This document shows positions 44,885 to 54,532 of a stretch of 64,000 nt of DNA, piece by piece (the stretch's first letter is position 1; each line of letters starts with the position of its first letter). The stretch comes from Gaiellaceae bacterium. GTDB taxonomy: Bacteria; Actinomycetota; Thermoleophilia; Gaiellales; Gaiellaceae. Under the pieces are notes generated by a model that did not search any database, was not told where the DNA came from, and saw nothing but the letters and a program-made list of their open reading frames with translations. The translations under genes were made by a program, and so were the position numbers. The stretch spans positions 19,442 to 83,441 of the forward strand of contig DASYUZ010000112.1 in the NCBI GenBank assembly GCA_036000665.1, in the 5' to 3' direction.

Positions 44885-45823
44885 ATGGCCCAGGCGCCCG
44901 CCTTGCCGCGCGGGTTCGAGCTCCCGCTGGAACCACGCCTGCCGCGCATCGGATCCGTCGACCAGGTCGCGGTCGAGGAGCGCGCCGCGACGCTCGCGAA
45001 GCGCTCGATCAAGCGCGAGTCCAAGCTCTTCGCGCTCGACCTCGCGATCAGGATGATGGACCTGACGACGCTCGAAGGTGCGGACACGCCGGGGAAGGTC
45101 GCGGCGCTCTGCTCAAAGGCGATCCGGCCCGATCCCGTCGACCGCACGGTGCCGTCGGTCGCCGCCGTCTGCGTCTACCCAAACCTCGTGCCCCACGCGA
45201 AGGAGCGCCTCGAAGGCAGCGGCGTCAAGATCGCCTCGGTCGCGACCGGATTCCCGTCGGGCCAGTTTCCGACCGAGGTCAAGCTCCAGGACGTGCGCGC
45301 CGCCGTCGAGTTCGGCGCGGACGAGATCGACATGGTCATCGACCGCGGCGCGTTCCTCTCCGGACGCTACGCGAAGGTCTACGACGAGATCGTGCGCGTC
45401 AAGGAGGCGTGTGGCGAGGCGCACCTGAAGGTGATCCTCGAGACGGGCGAGCTCGGCACCTACGACAACGTGCGCCGCGCGTCACTGCTCGCGATGGCGG
45501 CAGGCGCCGACTTCATCAAGACGTCGACCGGCAAGGTCAATCCCGCCGCGACGCTGCCGGTCTCGCTCGTGATGCTCGAGGCGATCCGCGACGTGCACGA
45601 CGAGACGGGCCGCGTCGTCGGCTTCAAGCCGGCCGGCGGGATCCGCACCGCGAAGCAGGCGGTGCAGCACCTCGTGCTCGTGCACGAGACCCTCGGCGTG
45701 GATTGGCTGACGCCCGATCTGCACCGCTTCGGCGCGTCATCGCTTCTGAACGACGTCCTGATGCAGATCAGGAAGGAGAAGACGGGCCGGTACCAAAGCC
45801 CGGACTACTTCACCCTTGACTGA
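44885..45823 (+). CDS. deoC: Deoxyribose-phosphate aldolase
   Basis: 312-aa ORF with the Schiff-base region FIKTSTGKV and a class-I aldolase TIM pattern. Confidence 0.9.
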   Translation: MAQAPALPRGFELPLEPRLPRIGSVDQVAVEERAATLAKRSIKRESKLFALDLAIRMMDLTTLEGADTPGKVAALCSKAIRPDPVDRTVPSVAAVCVYPNLVPHAKERLEGSGVKIASVATGFPSGQFPTEVKLQDVRAAVEFGADEIDMVIDRGAFLSGRYAKVYDEIVRVKEACGEAHLKVILETGELGTYDNVRRASLLAMAAGADFIKTSTGKVNPAATLPVSLVMLEAIRDVHDETGRVVGFKPAGGIRTAKQAVQHLVLVHETLGVDWLTPDLHRFGASSLLNDVLMQIRKEKTGRYQSPDYFTLD

Positions 45824-47291
45824 TCTCGAACGAAAGCCGGAACGCGCACCCGTTCCGTCGGAGTGGACGTACGCGCCTGCGCCCGAGTCGCGCGACATCG
45901 TCCAGCTCCGGGAGCGCTACGGATTCTTCGTCGGCGGGGAGTGGCTCGAGCCGCGCGACACGTACACGACGATCTCGCCCGCGACCGAGGAGCCGCTCGC
46001 GGAAGTCGGGCAGGCCACGCCCGAGGAGGTCGACCTGGCCGTCAAGGCCGCGCAGGCCGCGTTCGAAAACGGCTGGTCCGACCTGCCCGCGAGCGAGCGC
46101 GCCAAGTATCTGTTCCGGATCGCGCGCATCCTCCAGGAACGCTCGCGCGAGTTCGCCGTGCTCGAGTCGCTGAACGGCGGCAAGCCGATCCGCGAGTCGC
46201 GCGACGTCGACCTCCCGCTCTCGGCAGCGCATTTCTTCTACTACGCGGGCTGGGCCGACAAGCTCGAGTACGCCTTCCCGAACCGCCGGCCGAAGCCGAT
46301 CGGCGTCGCCGGCCAGATCATCCCCTGGAACTTCCCTCTGCTGATGCTCGCGTGGAAGATCGCGCCGGCGATCGCGTGCGGGAACACCGTCGTGCTCAAG
46401 CCGGCCGAGACGACCCCGCTCACCGCGCTCCTCTTCTGCGACCTCCTCCGCCAGGCGGAGCTGCCGCCGGGCGTCGTCAACATCGTCACCGGCGACGGAC
46501 GGACGGGCGCAGCGCTCGTCAAGCACCCGGGCGTCGACAAGATCGCGTTCACGGGCTCGACCGAGGTCGGCAAGGCGATCCAGCGCGAGCTCGCGGGAAC
46601 GGGCAAGAAGCTCACCCTCGAGCTCGGCGGCAAGGCGGCGAACGTGATCTTCGACGACGCCGCGCTCGACCAGGCCGTCGAGGGGATCGTGAACGGCATC
46701 TACTTCAACCAGGGCCACGTCTGCTGCGCAGGCTCGCGCCTGCTCGTGCAGGAGTCGATCTACGAGCCGCTGGTCGAGAAGCTGAAGCGCCGTCTGCAGA
46801 CGCTCCGCGTCGGCGACCCGCTCGACAAGAACACCGACGTCGGCGCGATCAACTCGCAGATGCAGCTCGAGAAGATCACGGAGCTCGTCGAGTCGGGCAA
46901 GGAAGAGGGCGCGGAGATCTACCAGCCGCCGTGCCGGCTACCGGAGAAGGGCTACTGGTTCGTGCCCACGGTGTTCACGAACGTCGCCCAGAGCTACCGC
47001 ATCGCGCAGGAGGAGATCTTCGGCCCCGTGCTCTCCGTGCTCACGTTCCGCACGCCCGAGGAGGCGGTCGAGAAGGCGAACAACACGCCGTACGGCCTCA
47101 GCGCGGGCGTCTGGACGGAGAAGGGTTCCCGGATCCTCTGGATGGCGAACCAGCTGCGCGCCGGCGTCGTCTGGGCCAACACGTACAACCGCTTCGACCC
47201 GGCGTCGCCCTTCGGCGGGTACAGGGAGTCCGGCTTCGGGCGCGAGGGCGGAAGGCACGGGCTCGAGCCCTACCTGCGGTTCGAGTCATGA
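45816..47291 (+). CDS. Aldehyde dehydrogenase (full-length, catalytic)
   Basis: Starts at TTG 45816, overlapping the deoC end. PWNFP, ELGGKAAN, the catalytic Cys region GHVCCAGSR and EEIFGPV are present. Confidence 0.9.
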   Translation: MTDLERKPERAPVPSEWTYAPAPESRDIVQLRERYGFFVGGEWLEPRDTYTTISPATEEPLAEVGQATPEEVDLAVKAAQAAFENGWSDLPASERAKYLFRIARILQERSREFAVLESLNGGKPIRESRDVDLPLSAAHFFYYAGWADKLEYAFPNRRPKPIGVAGQIIPWNFPLLMLAWKIAPAIACGNTVVLKPAETTPLTALLFCDLLRQAELPPGVVNIVTGDGRTGAALVKHPGVDKIAFTGSTEVGKAIQRELAGTGKKLTLELGGKAANVIFDDAALDQAVEGIVNGIYFNQGHVCCAGSRLLVQESIYEPLVEKLKRRLQTLRVGDPLDKNTDVGAINSQMQLEKITELVESGKEEGAEIYQPPCRLPEKGYWFVPTVFTNVAQSYRIAQEEIFGPVLSVLTFRTPEEAVEKANNTPYGLSAGVWTEKGSRILWMANQLRAGVVWANTYNRFDPASPFGGYRESGFGREGGRHGLEPYLRFES

Positions 47292-48085
47292 GCAGGCTCC
47301 CGGTCAGGAAGACCTACAAGCTCTACATCGGCGGCGAGTTCCCGCGCTCAGAGTCGGGGCGCACGTACGAGGCGCAGGGGCAGAACGTCGCACGCGCCTC
47401 GCGCAAGGACGTGCGCGACGCAGTCCGCGCCGCGCGCCCCGCGTTCGAGAAGTGGTCGGCGATGACCGCATACAACCGCGGCCAGATCCTCTACCGCATC
47501 GCGGAGATGATGGAGGCGCGCCGTGCCGAGCTCGCCGCGCTCTGCTCGGGCCCGGGCGAGGTCGACCGCGCCGTCGATCGCTTCGTCTGGTACGCCGGCT
47601 GGGCGGACAAGCTCCCGCAGGTGCTCGGCAGCTCGAACCCGGTCGCCGGTCCGTACTTCAACTTCACCGTCCCGGAACCGACGGGCATTGTCGGCATCCT
47701 CGCGCCCGACGAGCCCGCGCTGCTCGGCCTCGTCTCGCGCCTCGCGCCCGCGGTGGTCGGCGGAAACTCCGTCGTCGCACTCGCGTCCGAGTCGAGCCCG
47801 CTCGCCGCGATCGAGCTCGCCGAGGTGCTCGCCACGTCCGACGTCCCCGGCGGTGTCGTCAACCTGCTGACCGGCTACAAGGCCGAGCTCGCACCGTGGC
47901 TCGCCTCGCACATGGACGTGAACGCGATCGACCTCAGCGGCGCGAACGGCGACGTCGCCGAGCTCGAGCGCGCCGCCGCCGACAACGTCAAGCGCGTCGT
48001 CAAGGCGCCGCCGGACGCGCAGAGCCCGTACCAGATCGCCGAGTTTCTCGAGCTGAAGACCGTCTGGCATCCGATCGGCCGCTGA
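47288..48085 (+). CDS. Truncated, non-catalytic aldehyde-dehydrogenase-like protein
   Basis: ATGA overlap. 265-aa product with an ALDH N-terminal/NAD-domain pattern (YIGGEF, GGVVNLLTG). ELGGK, the catalytic Cys and EEIFGP are absent. PWNFP is replaced by APDEPA. Confidence 0.75.
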   Translation: MSRLPVRKTYKLYIGGEFPRSESGRTYEAQGQNVARASRKDVRDAVRAARPAFEKWSAMTAYNRGQILYRIAEMMEARRAELAALCSGPGEVDRAVDRFVWYAGWADKLPQVLGSSNPVAGPYFNFTVPEPTGIVGILAPDEPALLGLVSRLAPAVVGGNSVVALASESSPLAAIELAEVLATSDVPGGVVNLLTGYKAELAPWLASHMDVNAIDLSGANGDVAELERAAADNVKRVVKAPPDAQSPYQIAEFLELKTVWHPIGR

Positions 48086-48235
48086 GCTTCACCGCCGCGA
48101 CAACGCGCCGAACAGCGGCGGCGAGGTGGGGCCGGGTCATCCGGCCGTCGCGAAGATCTCCTGCCTCGACGAGCCGCCGGGAGCCCGGCTTGCCGCTCCC
48201 GGTCCGCTGATCGCCGCCGTTACGATCAGCGGCGC

Positions 48236-48832
48236 GTGAACGAGCGAGGCACGCGCCGGTTCAGCCAGGCGATCTCCGAGGGCGACGGAATCTCGGTGCT
48301 CGTCGAGGTCGGCAACCCCGACGGCGCCACAGCCGCCGAGCGCCAGGGCGCCGACGGCGTGGTGGTGCGCGGGAACGTTGCCGGCCTCCGCGACGCCACC
48401 GAGCTGCCGGTGCTCTGGTGCGCGGACGGGCCGGACGCGGCCGATGCGGCCGGCGCAGACGCGTGCCTGCTCGTTGCCGGACGCTACGGCGAGGACTGGG
48501 ACCGCCTCGCCGACGATTACGCGCGCGTGCTCGAGCTCGGCCTCGACTGCGTCGTCGAGGTGCGCGACGAAGAGGAGCTCGAGGACGCGTTCGAGCACGT
48601 CGACCCTGAGATCGTGCTCCTCGCCGGCGAGTCCGACAATCGAGGCGCCGACCCGCTGGACCACGTGCTCGAGCTGCTTCCCGACGTGCCGGCGGGAAAG
48701 CTCGCCGTCGCGGAGGTCGCGGTGACGTCGCGCGACGAGGTGATCGCGCTCGAGCGCGCCGGGATCGACGCCGTGATCGTCGCCGCGCAAGACGTCCGCG
48801 CGCTCGTCGGTGACGAGCCCCCCGAAGTCTGA
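48236..48832 (+). CDS. Hypothetical protein with degenerate indole-3-glycerol-phosphate-synthase (TrpC)-like TIM pattern
   Basis: 198-aa ORF. The segment FSQAI..ISVLVEV resembles the TrpC core, but the KRASPSKG phosphate motif is absent. A 10-bp hairpin (48204-48232) abuts the GTG start. Confidence 0.45.
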   Translation: MNERGTRRFSQAISEGDGISVLVEVGNPDGATAAERQGADGVVVRGNVAGLRDATELPVLWCADGPDAADAAGADACLLVAGRYGEDWDRLADDYARVLELGLDCVVEVRDEEELEDAFEHVDPEIVLLAGESDNRGADPLDHVLELLPDVPAGKLAVAEVAVTSRDEVIALERAGIDAVIVAAQDVRALVGDEPPEV

Positions 48833-50210
48833 GAGTGACGCACGCTGGGGCGGGCCGCGGACGATCCTCGGCCTCGTCCTCGCGGGTGCGGCCGCGCTCC
48901 GGCTCGTCGGCGTCGAGTACGGCCTGCCGTACGGCAGCCTGCTGAACCCGGACGAGCAGAACATCGTCCCGCGCGCGTGGTCGATCGTGCACGGCGGCGG
49001 CCTCGACCCGCACCCGTTCTTCGACTACCCGAGCCTGCTGCTCTACGTGCTCGCGCCCTTCCAGGCGTGGGAGGGCGAGCCGTCGTACCTCGCGGCACGG
49101 CTCGTCGCGGTCACGATCGGCGTGGCGGGGGTCGCCGCCGCCTGGTGGCTCGGCGAGCGCGCGTACGGCGTTGCGGCCGGCGGCGTGGCGGCGGTCGCCG
49201 TCGCGGTGGCGACGGTGCACGTCGCGTATTCGCGCATGGCCGTCACGGACATCTTGCTGACGACGCTCGCGACGGTCGTACTCGCGCTACTCGTCACCGA
49301 CCGCATCGAGCTGGCCGGGTTCCTCGCTGGACTCGCGGCAGCGGCCAAGTACCCGGGCGCAGCGCTGCTCGTGCCCATCGCCGTCGCGGCTTGGGGGCGA
49401 TGGCGCCGGCTCGGGTTCGCGACAGTCCTCCTCGCTGCCGGATTTGCGCTTGGCTCACCGTTCGTCTTCGTGCACCCGGGAGCGTGGTGGGAGGACTACT
49501 CACGCGTCGGCGACCGCGCGCGGGCCGGCTGGCTCGGCTTCGAGCACGACCACGCGTCGCCGATCGCGTTCGGCGACAAGCTCTGGGAGTCGCTCGGGCC
49601 CCTCCTCGTCGTGGCGGCGGCGGGGCTTGGTGTCGCGCTCGCGCGGCGCGGCCGCGCTGACCGCGTCCTGGCCTCGTGGACGGTTTTCTACTTCGTCAAC
49701 TTGCTGCCGATCGGCGCGCACTTCGACCGCTACGTGCTGCCGCTCATCCCCGCGCTCGCCGTACTTGCCGCGCGCTTCGTGCCGCTGGCGGCGGTGCTGC
49801 TCCTGCTGCTCGTCGTGCCCCTGACGTGGACGATCCAACAGGACCGCGACCTCGTCAAGACCGACACACGCGTCGTGGCCGCGCGGAAATACTTCCCGCT
49901 GAGGGGCGCGGGTGGGCTCGCGCTCGACCCGTCGCTTCCGGTTCCCGAACGGGGCCTCCTCTTCGAGCTTGCCCTGCCGGCGCCCTGGGCGGAACCGGAC
50001 CCGCTGCGGGACCTCAACCACCTGCGCGCCCAGGGTGTCCGCATCGTGGTGCTCACGGGGGCGATCGAGGATCGCGTGCTGGAAGCTCGGGACCGGTACC
50101 CGCGCGAGGCGGCGTTCCTTGCCGACGTTCGGAGGACGCACCTCCTCTTCCGGATCGACCCGAACGGCAAGCTGGCAGGGCCCTGGGTCGAGGCGTACGC
50201 CGTGGGATAG
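48810..50210 (+). CDS. Glycosyltransferase family 39 / ArnT-PMT-like membrane protein
   Basis: 466-aa polytopic protein with an N-terminal pattern (LRLVGVEYGLPY..NPDEQ..FFDYPSL) typical of the GT-C/PMT_2 family. Confidence 0.7.
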   Translation: MTSPPKSESDARWGGPRTILGLVLAGAAALRLVGVEYGLPYGSLLNPDEQNIVPRAWSIVHGGGLDPHPFFDYPSLLLYVLAPFQAWEGEPSYLAARLVAVTIGVAGVAAAWWLGERAYGVAAGGVAAVAVAVATVHVAYSRMAVTDILLTTLATVVLALLVTDRIELAGFLAGLAAAAKYPGAALLVPIAVAAWGRWRRLGFATVLLAAGFALGSPFVFVHPGAWWEDYSRVGDRARAGWLGFEHDHASPIAFGDKLWESLGPLLVVAAAGLGVALARRGRADRVLASWTVFYFVNLLPIGAHFDRYVLPLIPALAVLAARFVPLAAVLLLLLVVPLTWTIQQDRDLVKTDTRVVAARKYFPLRGAGGLALDPSLPVPERGLLFELALPAPWAEPDPLRDLNHLRAQGVRIVVLTGAIEDRVLEARDRYPREAAFLADVRRTHLLFRIDPNGKLAGPWVEAYAVG

Positions 50211-50214
50211 CCTC

Positions 50215-51807
50215 GTGACGGTGAAAGAGCGGACCGCTCTCGCGTTCGCGGTCTTCGTCTCGGGTGGCGTGCTGCTCGGCGTCGAGATCGCGGCGAGCCG
50301 CGTGCTCGCCCCGTCATTCGGGAACTCGCTCTACGTCTGGGGCGCGTTGATCGGCGTCGTCCTGACGGGCCTCTCCGTCGGGTACTGGCTGGGCGGCGTG
50401 CTCGCCGACCGCCGCCCGAGCGTCGGGCTGCTCCTGCTTGCGATCTCCACCGGCGCGGTGCTCGTCCTCGCGGTCCCGCTCGCCGACGACACCGTCCTCG
50501 GCCGCGTCACGAGCTGGGACCCGGGTCCGCGCCTGAACCCGTTGCTCGCCGCAACGATCCTCTTCGGCCCGCTCAGCGTCGTGCTCGGGACGGTGACGCC
50601 GATCGCCGTCCGTATCCACGCGCGCTCCCTCGACACGGTCGGGCGCACCGCGGGGCGGCTGTTCTCGATCTCGACGCTTGGGAGCATTGCCGGCGTGTTC
50701 GCGACGGCGTTCGTGCTCGTGCCCGAGCTCGGGACGAACGAGCTGCTCGCGCTCGGGGCCGCTGCGCTCTACGCCGCCGTCGCCGTCCTCGCCTTCGGGT
50801 CGCGCCGTCCGCTGATCGCGCTCGCCGCGCTGCTCGCGCTCGCCGGCTCGGTCGCGGCCTCGCGGGAGCTCGCGCCCGAGAGCGGCCGGTTGACCGCTGC
50901 GCAGGCGCGGAACTACTCGCCGGTCATCCGACTCCGCGGCGAGCCGACGGGACGCGCCGACTACTCCGCCGAGGGCTATAGGGTCCGCCTTCGCAAGGAG
51001 ACCGCGTACCACTCGCTCGCGGTCGTCGAGGACGCCCGGACGCGCTACTTGCGCTTCGACAGCTCGTTCCAGAGCGCGATGCGCATCGGGCATCCCTTCG
51101 CGACGGCGTTCGAGTACACGGACTACTTCCACCTCGCGCTCGCGTACAACGCGGACGCGCGCGACCTGCTCTTCGTCGGCCTCGGCGGCGGCTCCGCCCC
51201 GAAGCGCCTCTGGCGCGACTTCCCGCGGCTGCAGATCCAGGTCGCCGAGCTCGACCCCGCGATCGTCGACGTCGCGTACCGCTGGTTCGCGCTGCCGCGA
51301 GACCCTCGGCTCGCCGTCGCGGTCGAAGACGGGCGGCGCTACCTCGCGGCTCACGAGCAGCGTTGGGACGTGATCGCGCTCGACGCGTACTTCTCCGACT
51401 CAATCCCGTTCCACCTGACGACGCACGAGTTCCTCGAGCTCGTGCGGTCCCGCCTGGAGCCGGGCGGCGTTGTGATCGCCAACGTGATCGGGACGATCGC
51501 CGGTGACGGCTCGAAGCTCTTTCGCTCGTTCGTGCGCACCTACCGCTCGGTCTTCACGACCGTACTCGTGCATCCGGTCGGCGCCGGGTCGCCCCACTCG
51601 CTCCAGAACCTGATCGTCGTCGCGGGCGACTTCGCGGCGCCGTCAAAACGGACGATGCTCGAGCGCTGGCGTGCGCAGCGCCCCCGAACCGCGCCTCCGC
51701 TCGAGCGGGCGATCACGGGCCGCTACGACCAGGCGATCGACACCGACGGCGTGCCGCTGTTGACCGACGACTACGCGCCGACCGACGCGCTCATCGCGAT
51801 CGGCTAG
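50215..51807 (+). CDS. Fused membrane domain / spermidine-synthase-like protein
   Basis: Starts at GTG 50215. The N-terminal part has about 7 TM helices. The C-terminal part is a class-I MTase/spermidine-synthase-like fold (LFVGLGGGSAPK, DVIALDAY). Confidence 0.75.
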   Translation: MTVKERTALAFAVFVSGGVLLGVEIAASRVLAPSFGNSLYVWGALIGVVLTGLSVGYWLGGVLADRRPSVGLLLLAISTGAVLVLAVPLADDTVLGRVTSWDPGPRLNPLLAATILFGPLSVVLGTVTPIAVRIHARSLDTVGRTAGRLFSISTLGSIAGVFATAFVLVPELGTNELLALGAAALYAAVAVLAFGSRRPLIALAALLALAGSVAASRELAPESGRLTAAQARNYSPVIRLRGEPTGRADYSAEGYRVRLRKETAYHSLAVVEDARTRYLRFDSSFQSAMRIGHPFATAFEYTDYFHLALAYNADARDLLFVGLGGGSAPKRLWRDFPRLQIQVAELDPAIVDVAYRWFALPRDPRLAVAVEDGRRYLAAHEQRWDVIALDAYFSDSIPFHLTTHEFLELVRSRLEPGGVVIANVIGTIAGDGSKLFRSFVRTYRSVFTTVLVHPVGAGSPHSLQNLIVVAGDFAAPSKRTMLERWRAQRPRTAPPLERAITGRYDQAIDTDGVPLLTDDYAPTDALIAIG

Positions 51808-51809
51808 CG

Positions 51810-52853
51810 CTAGCCGAAGAACGCTTTCGCGACCGCGTACCAGTGCTCCGGCACGGTCTTCAGCTCCCTGGTCGCGTCCTCGAGCGCGACGTCGACGATG
51901 TCGTCGCCGTGCAGTGCCGCCATGCGGCCGAACTTTCCCTCCTCGACGAGGTCGGCCGCCTTGAGGCCGTAGCGCGTCGCGAGCACGCGGTCGCGCGGCG
52001 TCGGGGTGCCGCCGCGCTGCACGTGGCCGAGCACCGTGACGCGCGTCTCGAAACCGGTGCGCTGCTCGATCTCGTTCGCGAGCGCGTCGCCCACGCCGCC
52101 GAGCTTCACGTGCCCGAACTCGTCGCTCGCCCGCGCCTCCCCCGCGACGAGCCGCTGCTCGCCCGACTCGTAGGTGAGCTCGTAGCCCTCGCTGACGACG
52201 ACGATCGAGAAGTTCTTGCCCCGCGCGTGGCGTCGCCTGATCTCGTCACAGGTCTGCTCGACCGTGATCGGCTGCTCGGGAATCAGGATCACGTCTGCGC
52301 CGCCCGCGATCCCGCTCGTCACGGCGATCCAGCCAGTGTGGCGGCCCATGACCTCGACGACCATGACCCGGTTGTGCGACTCGGCGGTCGTGTGCAGCCG
52401 GTCGATCGCCTCGGTCGCGATGAAGACCGCGGTGTCGAACCCGAACGTGTAGTCCGTCGCGGAGAGGTCGTTGTCGATCGTCTTCGGCACGCCGACGACC
52501 GGGAAGTCCTGCTCGCGGTAGAGGCGCGCGGCGACGCCGAGCGTGTCCTCGCCGCCGATCGCGACCAGCGCGTCGAGCCCGGTCTCGTGGAAGTTCGAGA
52601 GCACGCGCGTGACGCCGTCCTCCGTCTTGTACGGGTTCGTGCGCGTCGTCCCGAGGATCGTCCCGCCGCGCGGCAGGATCCCGGAGATCTCCATCGGCCC
52701 GAGCGGCTGGAAGCGGCCCTCGACGAGCCCGCGCCAGCCTTCCCGGACGCCGATCACCTCGTCCCCGCGCGAGAACGACCGGCGCGCGACGGCGCGGATG
52801 ACCGCGTTCAGCCCTGGGCAGTCGCCTCCGCCGGTGAGCATCCCGATCCGCAC
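51810..52853 (-). CDS. 6-phosphofructokinase (PfkA family; ATP- or PPi-dependence not resolvable)
   Basis: GGGDCPGLNAVIR, GGEDTLG and EVMGRHTGW motifs are present. Starts at GTG 52853. Confidence 0.9.
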   Translation of the reverse strand: MRIGMLTGGGDCPGLNAVIRAVARRSFSRGDEVIGVREGWRGLVEGRFQPLGPMEISGILPRGGTILGTTRTNPYKTEDGVTRVLSNFHETGLDALVAIGGEDTLGVAARLYREQDFPVVGVPKTIDNDLSATDYTFGFDTAVFIATEAIDRLHTTAESHNRVMVVEVMGRHTGWIAVTSGIAGGADVILIPEQPITVEQTCDEIRRRHARGKNFSIVVVSEGYELTYESGEQRLVAGEARASDEFGHVKLGGVGDALANEIEQRTGFETRVTVLGHVQRGGTPTPRDRVLATRYGLKAADLVEEGKFGRMAALHGDDIVDVALEDATRELKTVPEHWYAVAKAFFG

Positions 52854-52859
52854 CGGCGA

Positions 52860-52865
52860 AACCTA
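52860..52865 (-). promoter_or_regulatory. -10-like TAGGTT, 6 nt before the pfk GTG
   Basis: TANNNT on the minus strand with no SD. Confidence 0.35.
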
Positions 52866-52889
52866 ACTACAGAAAGTACAGCGACGTCA

Positions 52890-52973
52890 TGCCGAAGGTG
52901 GGAATCGAACCCACACGGCCCGAAGGCCACCGGATTTTGAGTCCGGCGCGTCTGCCAGTTCCGCCACTTCGGC
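52890..52973 (-). tRNA. tRNA-Leu (anticodon CAA)
   Basis: The minus strand reads GCCGAAGTGGCGGAACTGGCAGACGCGCCGGACTCAAAATCCGGTGGCCTTCGGGCCGTGTGGGTTCGATTCCCACCTTCGGCA. It has a 7-bp acceptor stem, a CTCAAAA anticodon loop, a long variable arm and a GTTCGATTC T-loop. The discriminator is A and CCA is not encoded. Confidence 0.93.
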
Positions 52974-53095
52974 TCTCCAGGCCATGTTAACGGCGTGTTG
53001 CGGAGTCGGATCTCGCTTGCAGCGACGTTCGGTGACCGCAGATACTTCCTCCGCGCCGCGGCGCACATATCCGATCTGCAGACGGAGGAGGAGCA

Positions 53096-54448
53096 TTGAA
53101 GAAGCGCAGTGTGCTTGTGCTCTTCGCCTTAGTCGTAGGCTCGCTCGCGCTTGTAGCGGCGGGCTGCGGCGGCGGAGACGACGGGGGCGGAGGAGGCGGC
53201 GGCAATATCGAAGCCTTGCCATCGTCCTCGTGTACCGGTATCGAGTACAAGGGCGAGGGCGACGCGGACTACCTGATCGCGTCCGACTTCCCGCTCCAGG
53301 GCTCTTCGCGGACGCAGACGATCCAGATCGTCGGCGCGATCCGCTACCTGCTCGACAAGCAGGGCTGGAAGGCCGGCGACTACAAACTCGCCTACCAGTC
53401 GTGCGACGACTCGACCGCTCAGGCGGGCAAGTGGGACTCGGGCAAGTGCTCGTCGAACGCGAATGCCTACGCCGGGAACGACAAGCTGCTCGGCGTGGTA
53501 GGGACGTTCAACTCGGGTTGCGCGGCGATCGAGATCCCGGTACTGAACCAGGCCCCGGACGGCGGTGTCCCCATGGTCTCGCCGGCGAACACGTTCGTCT
53601 GCCTGACCGAGGGCGGTCCCGGCTGCGAGGAAACGGAGCCGGACAAGTACTACCCGACCGGCACGCGCAACTACATCCGGGTCGTCCCGCACGACGCCTA
53701 CCAGGGCGCTGCGATGGCCGAGTTCGCCAAGGAGCAGGGCGTGAAGAGCGTCTACGTCCTGAACGACAAGGAGGCGTACGGCCAGGGTGTCGCGGAGAAC
53801 TTCAAGAACGCCGCGTCGTCCCTGGGGATCAAGATCGCCGGCTTCGAGGCGTGGGATCCGAAGGCCTCGTCCTACGAGGGCCTGTTCCGCAAGATCGGCG
53901 GCACGGGCGCCGACGCCGTGTTCCTCGGCGGCCTGGTCGACGAGAACGGCGCCAAGGTGATCAAGGACAAGGTCGCGGTCCTGGGCGCGAACAGCGGCAA
54001 GGTCAAGCTGCTCGCACCGGACGGCTTCACGACGCAGCAGACGATCGACGAGGCCGGCAAGGCCGCGGCGGGCATGTTCATGTCGGTCGCGGGCGTGCCG
54101 ATCGACGAGTTCAAGGGTCAGGGCGCCACGTTCGCCAACGACTTCAAGAAGACGCTCGCCGGCAAGCCGATCGACCCGTACGCGGTCTACGGCGTGCAGG
54201 CCGCGCAGGTGCTGCTCGACGCGATCGCGAAGTCCGACGGCACGCGGGCGAGCGTGATCAAGAACCTGTTCTCGACGAAGGTGAGCAACGGGTATCTCGG
54301 CACGTTCAACATCAACGAGAACGGCGACCCGTCCGGGGCTGCGGGGGCCGTCGTCGGCTTCACGATCTACAAGGCCACGACGAAGCTCGAGACGGAGAAG
54401 ACGATCTCTCCGAAGCCTGCGGACGTCGATGCGGCGAGGGGCGCCTAG
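53096..54448 (+). CDS. ABC transporter substrate-binding lipoprotein (branched-chain amino acid type)
   Basis: GGAGGAGGAG SD precedes TTG 53096. Lipobox LVAAGC is followed by a Gly/Asp-rich linker. Confidence 0.88.
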   Translation: MKKRSVLVLFALVVGSLALVAAGCGGGDDGGGGGGGNIEALPSSSCTGIEYKGEGDADYLIASDFPLQGSSRTQTIQIVGAIRYLLDKQGWKAGDYKLAYQSCDDSTAQAGKWDSGKCSSNANAYAGNDKLLGVVGTFNSGCAAIEIPVLNQAPDGGVPMVSPANTFVCLTEGGPGCEETEPDKYYPTGTRNYIRVVPHDAYQGAAMAEFAKEQGVKSVYVLNDKEAYGQGVAENFKNAASSLGIKIAGFEAWDPKASSYEGLFRKIGGTGADAVFLGGLVDENGAKVIKDKVAVLGANSGKVKLLAPDGFTTQQTIDEAGKAAAGMFMSVAGVPIDEFKGQGATFANDFKKTLAGKPIDPYAVYGVQAAQVLLDAIAKSDGTRASVIKNLFSTKVSNGYLGTFNINENGDPSGAAGAVVGFTIYKATTKLETEKTISPKPADVDAARGA

Positions 54449-54471
54449 CCCCGGCCTGACCGACTGGGAAG

Positions 54472-54499
54472 GGGGGAGGGCTTTGATCCTCCCCCTTTC
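54472..54499 (+). terminator. Intrinsic terminator-like hairpin after the binding-protein gene
   Basis: GGGGGAGG-GCTTTGAT-CCTCCCCC followed by TTTCGTCT. Confidence 0.65.
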
Positions 54500-54532
54500 G
54501 TCTCGGAGGCCGCAGCTTTAGGCTCTCGGTCT

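Noticed and set aside
52974-53095. Riboswitch (for example guanidine/ykkC type) upstream of the second ABC importer.
   Set aside because: No conserved riboswitch core strings are recognisable. The region contains only short palindromes (CTGCAG twice) and a strong SD.
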